Below are positions 25,181-38,670 of a stretch of 64,000 bases of DNA, in pieces. The position numbers and the translations under genes are program-made. The notes beneath the pieces were generated by a model. The model did not search any database and was not told where the DNA came from. It worked only from the letters and a program-made list of their open reading frames with translations. Position 1 is the stretch's first letter. Each line of letters begins with the position of its first letter. The stretch comes from Lama guanicoe (taxonomy: Eukaryota), in the NCBI GenBank assembly GCA_013239625.1, contig MU054026.1:124001-188000 (forward strand), read 5' to 3'.

Positions 25181-28100
25181 ATATAATTGACTGAATCTAA
25201 AAAAAAAATTACAGTTTGGAGTCTGAGTAGCCATTATCTGCAGATCTGAAAATCAATGTAACTGAACACAGAGTGGCAATCTATCTATGCATCCAAACAC
25301 ATGTACTTTTTTCTACACCTAACACAGAAATTAATCAAAAACTGTTGTCGATTGCGAAGCAAACCGTACAAAGGAAGAAGCTCTTCAGCTTGGAGTCCAG
25401 CATCAAATCTCAGGCTGCTTTTAACCTGTGTGCTTAGGGTGCCTCCTTTTATCCTGATGTACTTAAGGCTTCGCCTCATCTGAGCCTATTCTGTTTTGAC
25501 ATAAGCAGGGCTTCCTCACTGTCACCAGAACACTCTATGACTTTCCATTTTTCCGCGCCTCTGGGCGTGTCCTCATCTTTCGCACCAGGAAGAAAGTTCC
25601 AATTCACGCCTCTGCAGTTACTCAAATTGTCCATATTCTGCTCATACTCCATCTCCTTCCTGAAGATGCCTCTGATTTCTCGAGTCCCTAATGCTCTCTT
25701 TTTTGTTTTTAAGCCACTTAACTAAAAGCATTTAAGGGAGCGTACACACACACACCCCCCACACACACACCTTTGCCGTGTGTGTAAGATCGCTTTCCCC
25801 TGCCGGCAGCTCCGCAGAGACAAGGCGCATCTTAACCCTCCGACCTCACTGTGCTTAGCTTATTGCTGCAGCTGCACTGAAGCGTTAACAGGAAAAACGT
25901 GTAGATTCTCAGATAAATAGTGTGGATTTTTATAGAGTCTTCAGGAGACACTGCTCCTGCCTTTAGCTAACACCCCTGTTCAGAATATAAGACTTTCTGG
26001 GAGGTCCTGGAAAGGCATCTCCAAAAGGCAGAACTGGCCTGGCAACATTCACCCACACATTGTCCTGCAGGGCACAGGTGCCAGAAGATGTAGCAGTGTG
26101 TTGTCGCTGTGATGCACATTGGCCGCTGTCTGTCACTTTGTCCCATGGTCCCAGGGAGCTTCAGAAGTTCCTCCGGGAACTTTTGCTTTGCCGCCGTCCC
26201 TGCCCCTCTCCTATTCATCCTCCTTTCCACCAGCTTGTCCTCTCTCTCCTTTATCTCAATGCATCTTTCCTCTTCTGTTTACTTGTCCAGTGCCCTGGCC
26301 TTTCCCATCCTGCCTTTCTTTGTGTCTTTCCCTACCAACTCATGCTCATTGATCACTGCCTTGAATGTAATTGTTTTTTCTCACCCCAAGTCTTCTCACC
26401 TATTCATCATTCTCCAACTTTGATTTTTCAATCTCCTTTCTGTCCATTAAGTGGCTTAAAGGCAAAACCAGGTTTTGTTTTGTTTTGTTTTTTCCTTTGA
26501 GTAAAGAAAACCAAGGCTTTGGCAGGAAAGGTATGTGTCCACCACCACACGAAGTGCCAGGGAGGACAGAGGACACTCAGGCCAAATGAATCCCAGTCCG
26601 CTGACTGGTCCCAGGCACCACCTCAGATGGCAAAATCAATTCTCGGGCAGCAAACAGACCCATCACAAATTTCAGAACAGCGATGATTGATCTGGTCAAA
26701 TCATTCTACAGAGAAATGACAATAGAAGGAGAAGAGAGGAGGAGTCAAAAAAAAAAACTTGGAAAGGATGCAGAAATGGAGAACAAATGCCTCCTTTCTT
26801 AGAAATAGTGTTAGCAGGCTATCAGATTTACTAGGGAACTTGCACGCCCTTCCCCACCCCACCCTAGCGTGCCTCTCTTTTAGCTGGGGATTTATTTCAA
26901 GGCCTTACCAATCATATGCTAAAGCCGGTACATCACTAAAACATCTTCTGGGAGGAGAGGGAAAAATCCAATCTAGGACTGAAAGCTGCAACTGTCATAG
27001 ATAAGAAATACCTTCTGAGGGCTGCCATTGAGTTGGACAGTTGGAAGAATTATTGCAAAGTTGTCTGAGCTTCACGTAAGTTACCAGCCTGTGCTCTATC
27101 CAACGTTGGGGTCCCCATTCTTAAGGACCCCCCCAGAAGAATGCAGCCAGGCTCCTCCGATAACTGCCCCCCAATGACTCAACACTGCTGAATGATTTCT
27201 ATGAGAAAAGGCAGGGGCTATAAAGAATCAGATCTCTTTACTCTGAATCGCGCATTAACTGAATGCCCAGCACTGTTGAGGGAAGCCCTAGCTAGAGAAA
27301 AAAAATACCTTTTGAAGAAGAAAGCTATTCTATACCTTGCCTAGAAAAGACATGTGTATTGAACTTATGACACCATTGCCATCAGTAAGACGTTATAAAA
27401 GCCCATGGCTCAATACACATTCATTTGCACATTTATGTCCTGCCCACAAGGAACTCCCAGGTTTTAGTCAGAAAATCTCCACTTTCCTAATCAGAATCTC
27501 ATATACAACTGACAATCCCAATGCTACGAGGACCCCCTTGTAATCTCAGCCTTCTGATCTCACTGTCTCATTCACGTATTTACAAATACAAATATATGAA
27601 CATCTGCATGCGCGCGCACACACACACACACGCACACACCACAAGCATAGAGAGACAGACATCTAGCTATGGGCCCTGTATCAGATTCTCCAGGCTTAGT
27701 TATTGCCTAGAATCGTAGATAATTCAATATCCCCTTTCTTAATGTATGTAGTGCAGGCTTCTATTTTTGTCAGTGAAAATCGTACTTTTATAACTTATAC
27801 TAAACGGATCTGCACTTCTTGGCATCGCTGTGGGGTGAGTCAGATTCAGGAACCCAGCCTTTGGATCAAGTGATCCAACACGTATTACAAAACCCTTCTT
27901 TGGGGAATGCCATTTGAAAAGGACAGTTTACTCACTGGGAATGAAGGCTCGTCATAAAGGCTTCTTTCATAATCAGGGTTATAGCTTTTATTGCAATTAG
28001 GAAAAGCAGAGTGACCTGCCTCTTCAGGTAAGGGGTTACTTTAACTGATTGTTAGAAAGAAAGATTTTGGAATCTTTGAAACCTGAAGGAATATGCAATG

Positions 28101-29544
28101 GGCTACCTCGAAGTCTTTAAACTGACAGCTCCAGCTTGAAATGGTAGCATTCTTAGTATAATGTCTTCTGCCCCCAAAATGTTAAATACAAAAGGACATT
28201 TTATGTACTTTCCACCGCAAGGTCTCTCTCAACATCCGTATACACCTTAACTTCCTCCCTCTTTATACTAATCTACGAATGTCTCAACCCTTCCCTTTCC
28301 TGTACAAAGAGATATCAGACAAATTGCACTGCTTGATATATGTCTGTCCCTTCACTCAGGAAAAACGACACGGCTATTTTATTAGACGGGAGATCTCAAG
28401 AGTTCCTGAAACCCACAGACAGTCTCGTAAATTACCAGGAGCCACACCACCGGAACAGCAATAAACTGGAAATGGGTTCAGCGGTTTTGTTTCTGGCTCT
28501 CCGGACATCTCTCTGCAGATAGTCTAAGAGCCGTACACCTTCTCGGATACGTGATCACTGATACCTGGGCACCTGGGGTCCACACTCAAGAGCAGCATTA
28601 CAGACCTGACCTGGAAGTACAATCAGACAATTAATTGAATCTTTGAATAAGATTTCCTAGAAGGAGTTGATATTAACTATCAAAGGGCTTATGTATAAAT
28701 GTTACTTCATTGCCTGAAATAGTCATAGTTTTCAACTCTGCAATGATGTAATTGTTTCAAAAAAAACCTGTAACATCTCCATTTTTCTGTATAATACTGT
28801 TTCCTTTTATTGGACCTAAACTTGCAGCTTGAAGAAATGACCTCTGACACGAGTGTTCTGTACCAATCTAGTTGGGGTCGATCGAGAAGACAGTTAGAAC
28901 CGGATCAGCAGTGTTGCAGCCCCGAGCGCCTGCTGGGGACAGCCACGAGTCCAGCTCGAAGAGCGAGCGGAGGATGTGGAGAAGAAAAGCTCACTGGTGA
29001 CTGCCGAGGACCTCCTGTTCCTCTCCTTGGTCCGCCCCGGGTGCGAGAGATGTCTCTGCGCTCAGACTTCAGCTGCGCATGAAACACAGGTCAACGTATT
29101 GGTCTACGAAGTGGACAGCAACAATGAAGCCTCTAAACAACACCCTGGCCCTCAAATCTGTGGCTCTCTGCAGTGCTTTATCGAGTCTTAGGAAGGTCCG
29201 GGAGTCTGTGGCTCCCCCTGCAGAGTGATGGGCTAGGCGTCAAACAAAGTTCCACGCCCCTCCTCTATGATCAGATGGCCTTCCCTGTGCTTGAATTAGG
29301 TGGCGCTTCACTTGGCGTACTTTTTCTTCCCCTCACCCCCCCACCCCGTTTTCCTCCTCTGAGAAACTGGAAACCATACCCTTTTCTGTCTCTGGATCTT
29401 TATAGTTCTAAACACCTACATCCCATACACACTTCCTAGCTATTACATTTAAGCACTGTTTCCATGTTTAGATTATAAGTTGTATCCTGACAGCCAGTCA
29501 GCTTTTTCAGAGAAAAAAAAATGTATAATGACTAAGACATAAGG

Positions 29545-29745
29545 CCTTGGAATGACCCTGCCTGGATTCCCAGCCAGCCTCCAGCAATATCTTCTCTACG
29601 AATTCGGCAAGGCTTAACTTCCCAGTGCCTCAGTTTTCAGGTCTGTGAAATGGGGATGGTGTAATAACCCCGGTTTTACAAAGCTGTCATGAGATTCAAC
29701 GTATAAGAAGCTTAGCACAGTACTGGGCATATACTAACTGCTCAA
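29545..29745 (+). mobile_element. MIR SINE
   Basis: cttaacttcccagtgcctcagttttcaggtctgtgaaatggggat...cttagcacagtactgggcatata. Confidence 0.8.
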
Positions 29746-30029
29746 AAAAGAAAAATAAAATAAGAGTGTGTTGTTGTTCACAACGACAGAATTGATTATC
29801 ACGTGTCAAGTGCTAGGAATGCACGAGGAAGAAAGGATACAATTTCTCTCATCCAAGTGTTTACACAGACCCCCTTATTTGGTATTTGCTACAGTACCTT
29901 GTCACCTGTTTGTCCCACAAGGGCTAGGAAGCCAAAAACAGGAAAATATACATATGCCCAGTTGTGTTCCAGATCTCAAGCACAATAAATTTGGCGAACT
30001 GTTTTTACAGAACTTTACTAATATCAACT

Positions 30030-30231
30030 ATATATATAATAGATTTTTTTAAAAATTTCTTCTGTACGGCACAGGGAGCTATATTCAATATCTTGTAGTA
30101 ACCTACGATGAAAAAGAATATGAAAACGAATCTATGTATGTATACATATGACTGGGACATTATGCTGTGCACCAGAAATTGATACATTTGTAACTGACTA
30201 TACTTCAATAAAAAATTAAAAATAAAAATAA
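30030..30231 (+). mobile_element. Short young L1 3' tail with TSD
   Basis: L1 3'UTR plus A-tail; TSD agaactttactaatatcaact (30009-30029) / agaaccttaccaaaatcaact (30232-30252), 18 of 21 identical. Confidence 0.9.
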
Positions 30232-31684
30232 AGAACCTTACCAAAATCAACTTCAGCCTCAGTTTTGACTCTGACAGAAAGGGATCTGGAATCCCAGCCT
30301 ATGCCAAACCAGTAAATCCATTACTTTGTTCCTAGTCTTGGGTCTGGTTAAGCCTGATCTTTGGGAAAAAGTAAATGATTATATCTGCATTCAAGCTGGG
30401 TATTAGGAAAACAAACAAAAGGGCAAGAGAGAGCTTCAGGGCTGTCAGGAATGGAACAAGGGGAAGATTCCAAAAAACAGTCACGGAATTCAGAGAAAAT
30501 GGCCTTTCACAACAGATGCCACAGACGCATCGTTTGAGTTTGAACTATCTTTTTTCAAACGCAATAATTTGGTGACAATGAAGTTACCGGGCTTTAAGAG
30601 GAGCATGAGGTGGCCGGCAGGAAAGCACAGATAGCTGAAACCAAACTGAGCGAAGACCCAGCCCCACGCAGGCAGGGCTGTGACAGTCTGCGATGGCTTT
30701 GCACACAGGCCGGTCAGACGCGTCAGGGAGGAGCAGGAGGCAGCTGGAGGAGCCGAGATTAATGAGGAGCACAAAACGAGAAAGAGCAACCGCTGGAAAC
30801 CCTTGTGGTGACATCAGGACCAGAGCCAGGGAGGACAACCTTGTTATCACATCTGCTCCGTCTTTCTAACGAAATGGTAATGCGCGCCTCTTGTCGGGTC
30901 ACCAGGGTGGAATTCCAAGTCGGGGGGCCCCTCACCCCTCACCCAGGCCCCCAGCCCTGCTGCCCTTCTCCTTGAAGCTGAGGACCCGTTCCCCGAGCTA
31001 ATGGGCTAGGTGTCTGGAGCAAGTGTTAATTTCGGACGACAGCGGAGTGGAAATAAGATGAAGGTCTGGGGAGTGCTTCGTCCTCACTCAGAAGTTTCAT
31101 TTCCATTTCCTAGTGCTGCCGAGCACCCAGGGAGATGTTTTCATTCCAATTTGGAAGATTTCATAAGCCTCCAAACTTTTTGGTATTGATCCAAGCTCTG
31201 GAGCTTTGGAAGCCCTGCACACATGCTCTGTGGGGAGGATCTGAAAGCCCCCAAGGAGAGAGGGTGGAGAGAGAGACTAGGAGGTGTTAAGTCCCATCTG
31301 AGCGGATTTTTCTCACCCTCAGATGGCCCTACCTTTCTGCTCTTCCAAAATTGGCTCTGCCCAACCCGGGGGCCCATTAGAGGCACTCAGAACCATTAGC
31401 TCCGACTGGCTCTGTGCTGAGTAAATACTCTTGTGTCCATCTAGAAAGTAGGGCAGCTGCCTTTGTGGGGTTTGTGGTTTTTTTTTTTTTTGCTTGTTTT
31501 TTTTTAAAATTTTTTTTTTTTTTTGCTTTCTTTCAAAATCAGCAAAGCAGAGCTCTCAACCCCAAACCGCTACTGCTCTATGTGTTCTACTAGTGGAGGG
31601 CAGCCGTAATTTGAATTTTGCTAGGCTCTCAGGCTTTTTTCGTTTGTTTTTGAATCTCTCGGATTTGTGTTTGATTTTGGACAG

Positions 31685-31732
31685 GGTCGTTTGCAGGGAG
31701 CGTGCCAATAATCAGATTTCCACCATCAGAAG
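31685..31732 (+). other. Candidate 48-nt exon
   Basis: U-rich tract ...gatttgtgtttgattttggacag|GGTCG and strong donor AAG|gtaagc; two of three frames open. No recognised protein. Confidence 0.3.
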
Positions 31733-32246
31733 GTAAGCTGTCTTGTACCTGCAGGAAAAGGCCTCTGTCTGTCATCGCTGGAAATCTATGAGTTAAATAG
31801 CACTTGTTTGCCAAAGCTCTCAAAGGAGGTTTTGAAAAACAAAGCACTTCAGTCAACAAAAGCAGGGAGGATGTGCGGTGATGCTGAGTTCATGAATTAT
31901 TCAACCCGAGAGTGTCTGGTTACCACAAGGCCCCAGGACCCGGGCATCATGTTTGGCTCTGTTTTCAGGGCCAGACATAGATATAATTGAGCCTAAAAGG
32001 GATTTAACTAAAAAGTAATGTTTGCCTCTTCCTTTACATTTTAGGTTTCAAAACAGCCTAGTGATTTAGAGGAGAGAAAATCTGCAGAGAAGTTTCCATT
32101 GTGATTAAAAGAAAATTTATCCTAACACCTTGGTAAGATTTATTTCTATACCCCCTCCAAAAACACACAGAACATCACAGGGTGCCTTGCATGTTTGCGG
32201 TTTCTAGCTGACACTTAGAGACGCTGTGCAAAAGAGGCTTTCACAA

Positions 32247-32750
32247 TGGTCAACTGAAATGAAATCACACGACGCGAGAGTCATGGGGTAAGTTTTACTA
32301 GGGGCAAAATGAGGACTATAGCCCGGGAGACGGCACCCCAGGAAGTTCTGAGGAGCTGCTCTGAAGAGGCAAGGGGAGAGCTCAGTGTTACATGTGGTTT
32401 CAGCAAAGGGGGTCCATGCAGTCAAACACATACCTAGGCAGAGGCCTGCTGCCTGTCACGAGGAGCAGATGTCACCCTTAATGATGTTAGTGCTTTTCTA
32501 GATACGAGGAGACGCAAGAATTTGGGCTCGTAAAATCTCATGGAAACATCTATCTGAAGGCCTGTTCCACCAGTGTTCCCAGAGCACAGAGCGCCGCATT
32601 TCTGACCTCCATCCCGAACTCCTTTCAGGGTGTGTTGGAGGTCAGAGGCTGCAGTGGCTCACAGCTGAATCCACGCAGAGTTAGATGGCAGGTGGCAGTG
32701 TGATCCAGTCCCTGTAGAGGCAGATGGTGAGTGCCAGTGTTTACTTGGCA
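32247..32750 (-). mobile_element. MER41-like ERV1 solo LTR
   Basis: aagttttactaggggcaaaatgaggactatagcccgggagac...gctgctctgaagagg...tgcttttctagatacgaggagacgcaagaatttgggctc matches recalled artiodactyl MER41-type LTRs; ends in ...ttggca. Confidence 0.8.
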
Positions 32751-33011
32751 TGATCAAAGCTACCCAGACAAGAGCCAGGAATGTAGTGAGTGTTCAATAA
32801 ATTCTGGCTGTGTTGAATTGTGAGTGGTTCTGACTCAGGTTCTTTTTATCCAGTCTGCACTTCTCAGTCTACTTCTTTCCTAACACTGCCCTGTTCAGAG
32901 ATGACCGAGGGCAAAACTACTCTTATCATAAGTGAAATAAACAATTAGGTCACTGGCAGAGACCATTCTAGAAGCTCACCAAATGCATTTCCTGTTCTGG
33001 ATACACAACTA

Positions 33012-33053
<42 letters not shown>
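33012..33053. repeat. (ATT)14 microsatellite
   Basis: Seen directly. Confidence 0.95.
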
Positions 33054-33429
33054 GTAACAGGTATGTCTTAACGTGCCACTGTAATGCCATGCTTGTAGGA
33101 CTTGGTCATTTGGGATGATTCGAATAGCTTCTACATTATGTTTCCATTTGGAGTGTGTTGAGTCTGTTGTCAAGAACTATTGTTCTGTGTCTTGTTCTGT
33201 TCATTACAGCAAAATGCTAATTTAAAAAGACTCCAGATCTCCATGAAGCCAGCTCATAGTGCTGTGAGCCCAGGAGCCCCCCAGCACACGGATGCACCAG
33301 CCGCATCCCCCACCCCCCAACCCCGGGCGCCAAGGCCATGGGCAGACCCTGCCCCCGCATTACTGCATTTCCCAGTTCCCTTGTGCCCCAGTGGAGCCAG
33401 AGGGATGCAAGGAAAACCCACGGGTTACT

Positions 33430-35330
33430 TACAGACTGAGATGGTGGGTCTTCTCTCTTCCTTCAGTGGTGAGCTCAAAGGCCACATGTTGAAGACGGCA
33501 GTGACAAAGGATGAAAGTATCTTGAGTTCACCCTGTACCTCCCCACCTCTGCCAATCATGAGTAAGGAACAGACTCTTGATGTGTTAATCCACTGAGAAT
33601 TGGGGAGTTTTGTTACAACAAGGAGCATTAGTTATCCTAGTATGGAAACTGCTACTCTGAAATGGAGTGCTGTTATAACAAAAACCAAAATGTGTGGCAA
33701 TGACTTAGAAGTCACATGGCAGGTAGCAGGGAAGCTGATCTTAGGAGCTGGAAAGATGGTGACTCATGTTATTACCACTGTGGTACATGCGATATATACT
33801 TGGGAGGAAGATTTCATTCCGACTGTGCCTGGGGCTCAAGGTGAAGTGGTTGGAAATGCAGTAGGGTGTTAGTGTTTGTTTGCAATTATTGCTGAATTTA
33901 GTTGGAAATTGTAATAAAGTGATGAGCTCAAGAGAAAAAAATTGATCAGCTTATAAAAAATAAAATAAAACAAAATAAAGTCCAGTAGTAATGGGGACTT
34001 GAATTACAAATACTGACTGCTTCTTTGGCCCCAGTGAGTAGGAAAAAAAAAGACCGAATAAGCTTTTGTGCAACAGACTCCCACCAATTTCCCCTGCATT
34101 TGTGGACAAGGTGAGGTTAAAAATAACCCAACAGCCTCAAGGTAGCTGCCATTAGGTTGAAAGAGGAAAAGAAAGAAATAATCAGATTTGGACTCTATCT
34201 GGGGAAAAAATCTTGGGCGCCTCAGTTACTGACATGAGGCTGACTTTAAGCAAATAGATCAGCAGTTTACTAAGTTTTTGAGGGATTCGTGTTGCTGGAG
34301 AAACCATAAACCTGCAGTGAAACAACCCCTTGATTATTCAAGATTTAAAACCATCCTTGCAACCTCAGCCTTAGTGCCTTTAAATGAGCTCTGAAAATTC
34401 CACAGCCCCAAGAAGGGCATGCATCCCAGTGCCTACAGCGATGGTTAATTTTATGTGTCAAGTTGATCAGGAAATGCCAGCTGTCTGGTGAAACATTATT
34501 TCTGGGTGTGTCTGTGATGGTTCTCCTGGAAGAGATTAGCATTAGGATTAGTGGATTCAGTAAAGTCGATTGCCCTCTCCAGTGGGTGTGGGCATCACGC
34601 AATCTGTTGAGGGACTAAATAGAACAAAAAGGCTGAAGCGGGAGCAATTCACCCCTTTTATTCTGCCTCATTGCTTGAGCTGGGACATATCTCATCTTCT
34701 CCTCCCCTCAGACTGAAATTTACATCATCAACATCCCTGGTTCTCAGGTCTTTGGACTCAGACTGAAATATATCACCAGCCTGTCTGGGTCTCCAGCTCA
34801 CAGACAGCAGATTGTAGGACTTCTCAGCTCCATAACTGTGTGAGCCAATCCCTCATCAAAATCACCTTTGCATCCTATTGGTTCTGTTTGTCTGGAGAAC
34901 TCTGATTAATACACCGCAGATGTTGCAGGCAAGGTAAAGAACAGGAAGGAGCCCTTCCCCAGGGGGTGATGCAAGAGACCAAGGAGATAAATGGACAAAG
35001 GAAACATTCCCAGAGGACAGAACCAGAGTCTCACCAAGAATTTCCCCATTGTAAAGGCAGAAAAATTTACAACACTTGACCTATAGAATTTCAGTTTACT
35101 GTGGTCCCATGATATCTGTTTTCTATTCCTTCGTTTTCTAAATGGGAGTTAATTAACATAGCCATGTCCTTACTCAACCACTGTGTGTCGATTTGATGTG
35201 GGAGGTGCACAGTTCCTGTTTCTTTTCATGGATAGCCAACTAAGGGCTGTATCAGTGCTCAATGTGCATAACTGGGCCGTCAGCTCTGGTCACAGTGACT
35301 GGATGTGATTTTCTGTTGCCTCCTTTAAGA
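33430..35330 (+). mobile_element. MLT1 LTR 3' end plus MaLR internal sequence (interrupted by MLT2)
   Basis: LTR-like end ...tttgttacaac...tatcctagtat, then gaaactgctactctgaaatggagtgctgttataacaaaaaccaaaatgtgtggc, the typical MLT1-int start. Confidence 0.55.
34437..34913 (+). mobile_element. MLT2 (ERVL) solo LTR
   Basis: gatggttaattttatgtgtcaa...cctattggttctgtttgtctggagaactctgattaataca are hallmark MLT2 termini. Confidence 0.9.
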
Positions 35331-35713
35331 AGAGGTGTCATGCAAACCAGGGCAGGTAGCCAAGCGGTTCCCACAGCTGCATCCCCAAACAGCACTGATT
35401 GGTGAAAACTCCCAGAGACAAAGTTAATAGTAGGTGTCCTGGTCCCATGTGGCCTCTTCATTATAAGGTGATGCACAGAGATCGAACAGGACCATAAATC
35501 GGACAGTAGGAAGGACCAGAGCTTCCCCCAGCATGATCAACAGATAGGAAACAATTACAATATAACATGGCAAGAACTTGGCCCCAGCCCTTTCTTGCTG
35601 GCTTGGCATTCACATTTGGGGAAATTCTAGTCCCTCTCTTGGGGTGATTAGGGTTCTAGATTCTAAGCCTTAGAATTTACCAAGCTTGCCAGCCCCTTCT
35701 TGGGGTAAGCCGG

Positions 35714-36179
35714 TGTTATGGGTTGAATTGTACCTTGCCAAAAAAATATATGTTCAAGTCCTAACTACTGGTACGTGTAAATGTGATTTTTTTCGAAATA
35801 AGGTCTTTGTAGATGTAATCAAGTTAAAATAAGGTCATACTGAATTAGGGTGGGCCTTAATCCAATGACTGGTGTCCTTATAAGAAGAGAGAAATTTGGA
35901 CAGAGAGACATTGACACGAAGAAGTCCATGTGCAGATGGAGGCAAGAGGTTGGAGTGATGCATCTATGAGAGATGTAATGCCGAGGATTGTCAACAACCA
36001 CCAGAAGCTGGAAAAGCAAGGAAGTCTTCCTACCTAGAAACTGCAGAGAAAGCGCAGTCCTGCCAACAACCTGATTTTGGAATTCTAGCCCCTAGAACTG
36101 CAAGAGAGTGGTTTTTTTCTTATTTTAGGCCACCCAGTTTGTGGCGCTTTGTCATGGTTAGATCTAGGACACTTCTACA
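35714..36179 (+). mobile_element. MLT1B/C-like MaLR solo LTR
   Basis: tgttatgggttgaattgt...gggtgggccttaatccaatgactggtgtccttataagaagag...taca. Confidence 0.9.
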
Positions 36180-36249
36180 ATAAGCCAGCAGGGGATCAGT
36201 CTACCTCTCAAGGCAAAGGTATATTTTAGTGTAGGAAAAAGTGAGACAC

Positions 36250-36890
36250 TGTCAAGGATAATGCTGTATTTCTCTTTACTGCTAGGCTTACAGCTAGACT
36301 GTGTTTCCCAGTGTCCCCTGAAGTGGTCATGTGATTAACTTCTTATCAAAGGAAAATGGGAGGAAGTATTGTTGCCACTTCCAGTCTTGGTAGCCCAAAG
36401 GTGCCATGATCCTCCATGCTCTCTCTGTCCTTTGCCTTGCAGCAGGATGTCAACACCCTACCTGATCTATGGAGTAACACATAGACTAGAGCCTCTGACA
36501 ACCAGGAAGCCTGGACGATGATGAGCAGCAGAGCCTCACTTTGCACCCACTGATCACACCGAACTGACACATTAAGTGAGAAACTAACAAACTTTATTGA
36601 GTTAATTCCAGTGTTATGCTGGAGACAGCTCATAGCAGCTCCAAAGAGCCAGTAGCTAGCATCTCTTCCCAACTCCATAGGCAATGACGTGATGGTTTTA
36701 ACTTAAATCTCCACATCAGCCATGATGGGAGTATTTATCCCATGAAAATAGCAAATTCTACAAGTGAACGCTGTCTTCTCCTTTTAGTTTGGATAGACAG
36801 TTGTTAAATATTTACCACCACATCACTGTTTGAGCCTCAGAAGTGAAGGGATTTGTTACAACAGCTAGCATTAATCACACTTACTAATAG
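36250..36890 (+). mobile_element. Old MLT1 LTR split by MER63A
   Basis: tttcccagtgtccc...gtggtcatgtgattaacttc...gacacattaagtgagaaactaac and a 3' end gggatttgttacaacagc...actaatag. Confidence 0.6.
36608..36828 (+). mobile_element. MER63A-like hAT-Blackjack MITE
   Basis: Termini ccagtgttatgctgg...ccaccacatcactg; internal catctcttcccaactcc and gggagtattta. Confidence 0.8.
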
Positions 36891-37499
36891 AAATTTCATC
36901 ATTTTGGTTCTAGTAGGGTGACTTTGATACTTGAAAAAATCCAAGTGGAATTCTAGAATCTTGCAAAATTAAAGATCGTGCAAGATCTTAGAAGTTACCT
37001 GGACCAATTCAGTTATTTGATGGATCAAGAAAGTGATATTTAGGGCAGGGAAGTACCTCCAACTAGAATTTAGATCTCTAAGTGTATCAGGTAGCCCTAG
37101 ACAGGTCTTCAGAAAGGGAATGGCATGATTTGATTGAAACTTAAAAGGACCACTCTGACCACTAGTGGGGAATGTATTGGAAAGGCCTGAAGTCTATCTG
37201 GAGACTGGTTAAGAGGCTCCTGCAGGAGCTGAGATGGGAGGTGACAGTGGCCCGACCTTGGATGGGGGACAATGGAGGAGAAAGTGAACAGATCTGAAAC
37301 AGAGTTTGAAATCAGAATCAGTACTGATACACTTGATTCTCTTGCTTGCTTACATCTCTGTATTCACTGCTGGAGAACTTTGGGAAGTGCAAGGACCATG
37401 TTGGTGGGGATCAACAGGCATCCTTAAATGCTCGGCATGAGAGTTACCATAGTAACAGATCAAAATCAAACCAATCAAATGACTAATTTTTTTTTTAGT

Positions 37500-37690
37500 C
37501 CCTGCTATATTTCAGGCATTTTACATATATTATTTCTAACTCTTACAAACACCCAAAGGTAGATATTAATATTCCCATGTTAGATATGAGAAAACTCACA
37601 CTCGGAGAACCTAATTTGTTCAAGGTCACATAACTAATAGGTTGTGAAGCTTAGATTCAACTCAGGTCCACTTAGCCCTCAAATTTCTTT
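37500..37690 (-). mobile_element. MIR SINE
   Basis: attcccatgttagatatgagaaaact...ttgttcaaggtcacataactaatag. Confidence 0.7.
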
Positions 37691-38469
37691 TCTCTATAGC
37701 ACTTCCCTCTTTATAGGGAGTTCTCATTTGGCTCAAGACTGGAAGAGAACAAACCAACTTTGGTAAGAAAAGGTTATCAAGAAATTTCCTGTATCAAACA
37801 ATGGCAAATCATGAGAGTAACATGATCAACATGAGCTTACAAATACAGCTTTTGAAAAGATGTATTCATGTTCTTGATTTCTTTTACAATGAATGTAATA
37901 ATACAAGGAAAGCATTTTATAAATGGCTTTATTACAATTGTGTCAATTAGAAAATTAGAGATTACTGACTAGAAACGTTGATTATTCAAGATGCTTGGCA
38001 ATTAACAAAATACCTCCCTTTCTTCTTTCCTCACTTCACTCAAAACATACCACATCATCCAGAAAAAAAATGTAATGGTATAGGCAGTCTGCTGGGACAG
38101 GTCCAGAGTTGTTAGTGGGTGCACATGTATGCAGTGGCCTCTCACCTTGCAGTAATGAGGCTGCACCTTGTAGACGTGAATGCAGACACATCTGTGACTC
38201 TCCCACCTGCAAACTGTCGCAGCCACATGCAGTTCTGGCTCCATTTCTTAGCTAGGAAGCTTTTCTCCTAGTACTGCGAGGATGTGGCAGACAGACTGAC
38301 TTGGCACTGTATTTAAAATCCCAGACTCCTCAAACCTTGCAAAATCTTCTTTCCTCTCAAAGGTTCTGAGGAAGCATTCACACAGAAGCTGTTTGAAGTG
38401 TTCACATGGTCTGGCAAAGTGGAATCAGCCTGGGCTTCAGACAACTGATGCCTGTTAATTTTTGAGTGT

Positions 38470-38670
38470 CCACAACAGGCTGGGCACTCTTCTCAATGTG
38501 TTAACTGAATTATGTCATTTAATTGTCACCAGAACCCAACCCAGTGGGTACCGTCATTATCTTTATCTTACAAAGGATGCAACTGAGGGTTAGACACTTG
38601 TGCAAGTTTCCACAGCTGGTGTCAAATGGAACCAGGCTTAAGGTCTGGTTGTCCAGACTCCCGAGCCTGA
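38470..38670 (-). mobile_element. MIR SINE
   Basis: ttacaaaggatgcaactgagggttagacacttgtgcaagtttccacagctggt. Confidence 0.7.

Noticed and set aside
32247..32750. MER41-like LTR as an interferon-inducible STAT1 enhancer
   Set aside because: I found no intact TTCnnnGAA in this copy; the closest is ttcccagag.
36152..36170. catggttagatc resembles the reverse complement of part of miR-218
   Set aside because: Only 12 nt, no hairpin, and it lies in the 3' end of an MLT1 LTR.
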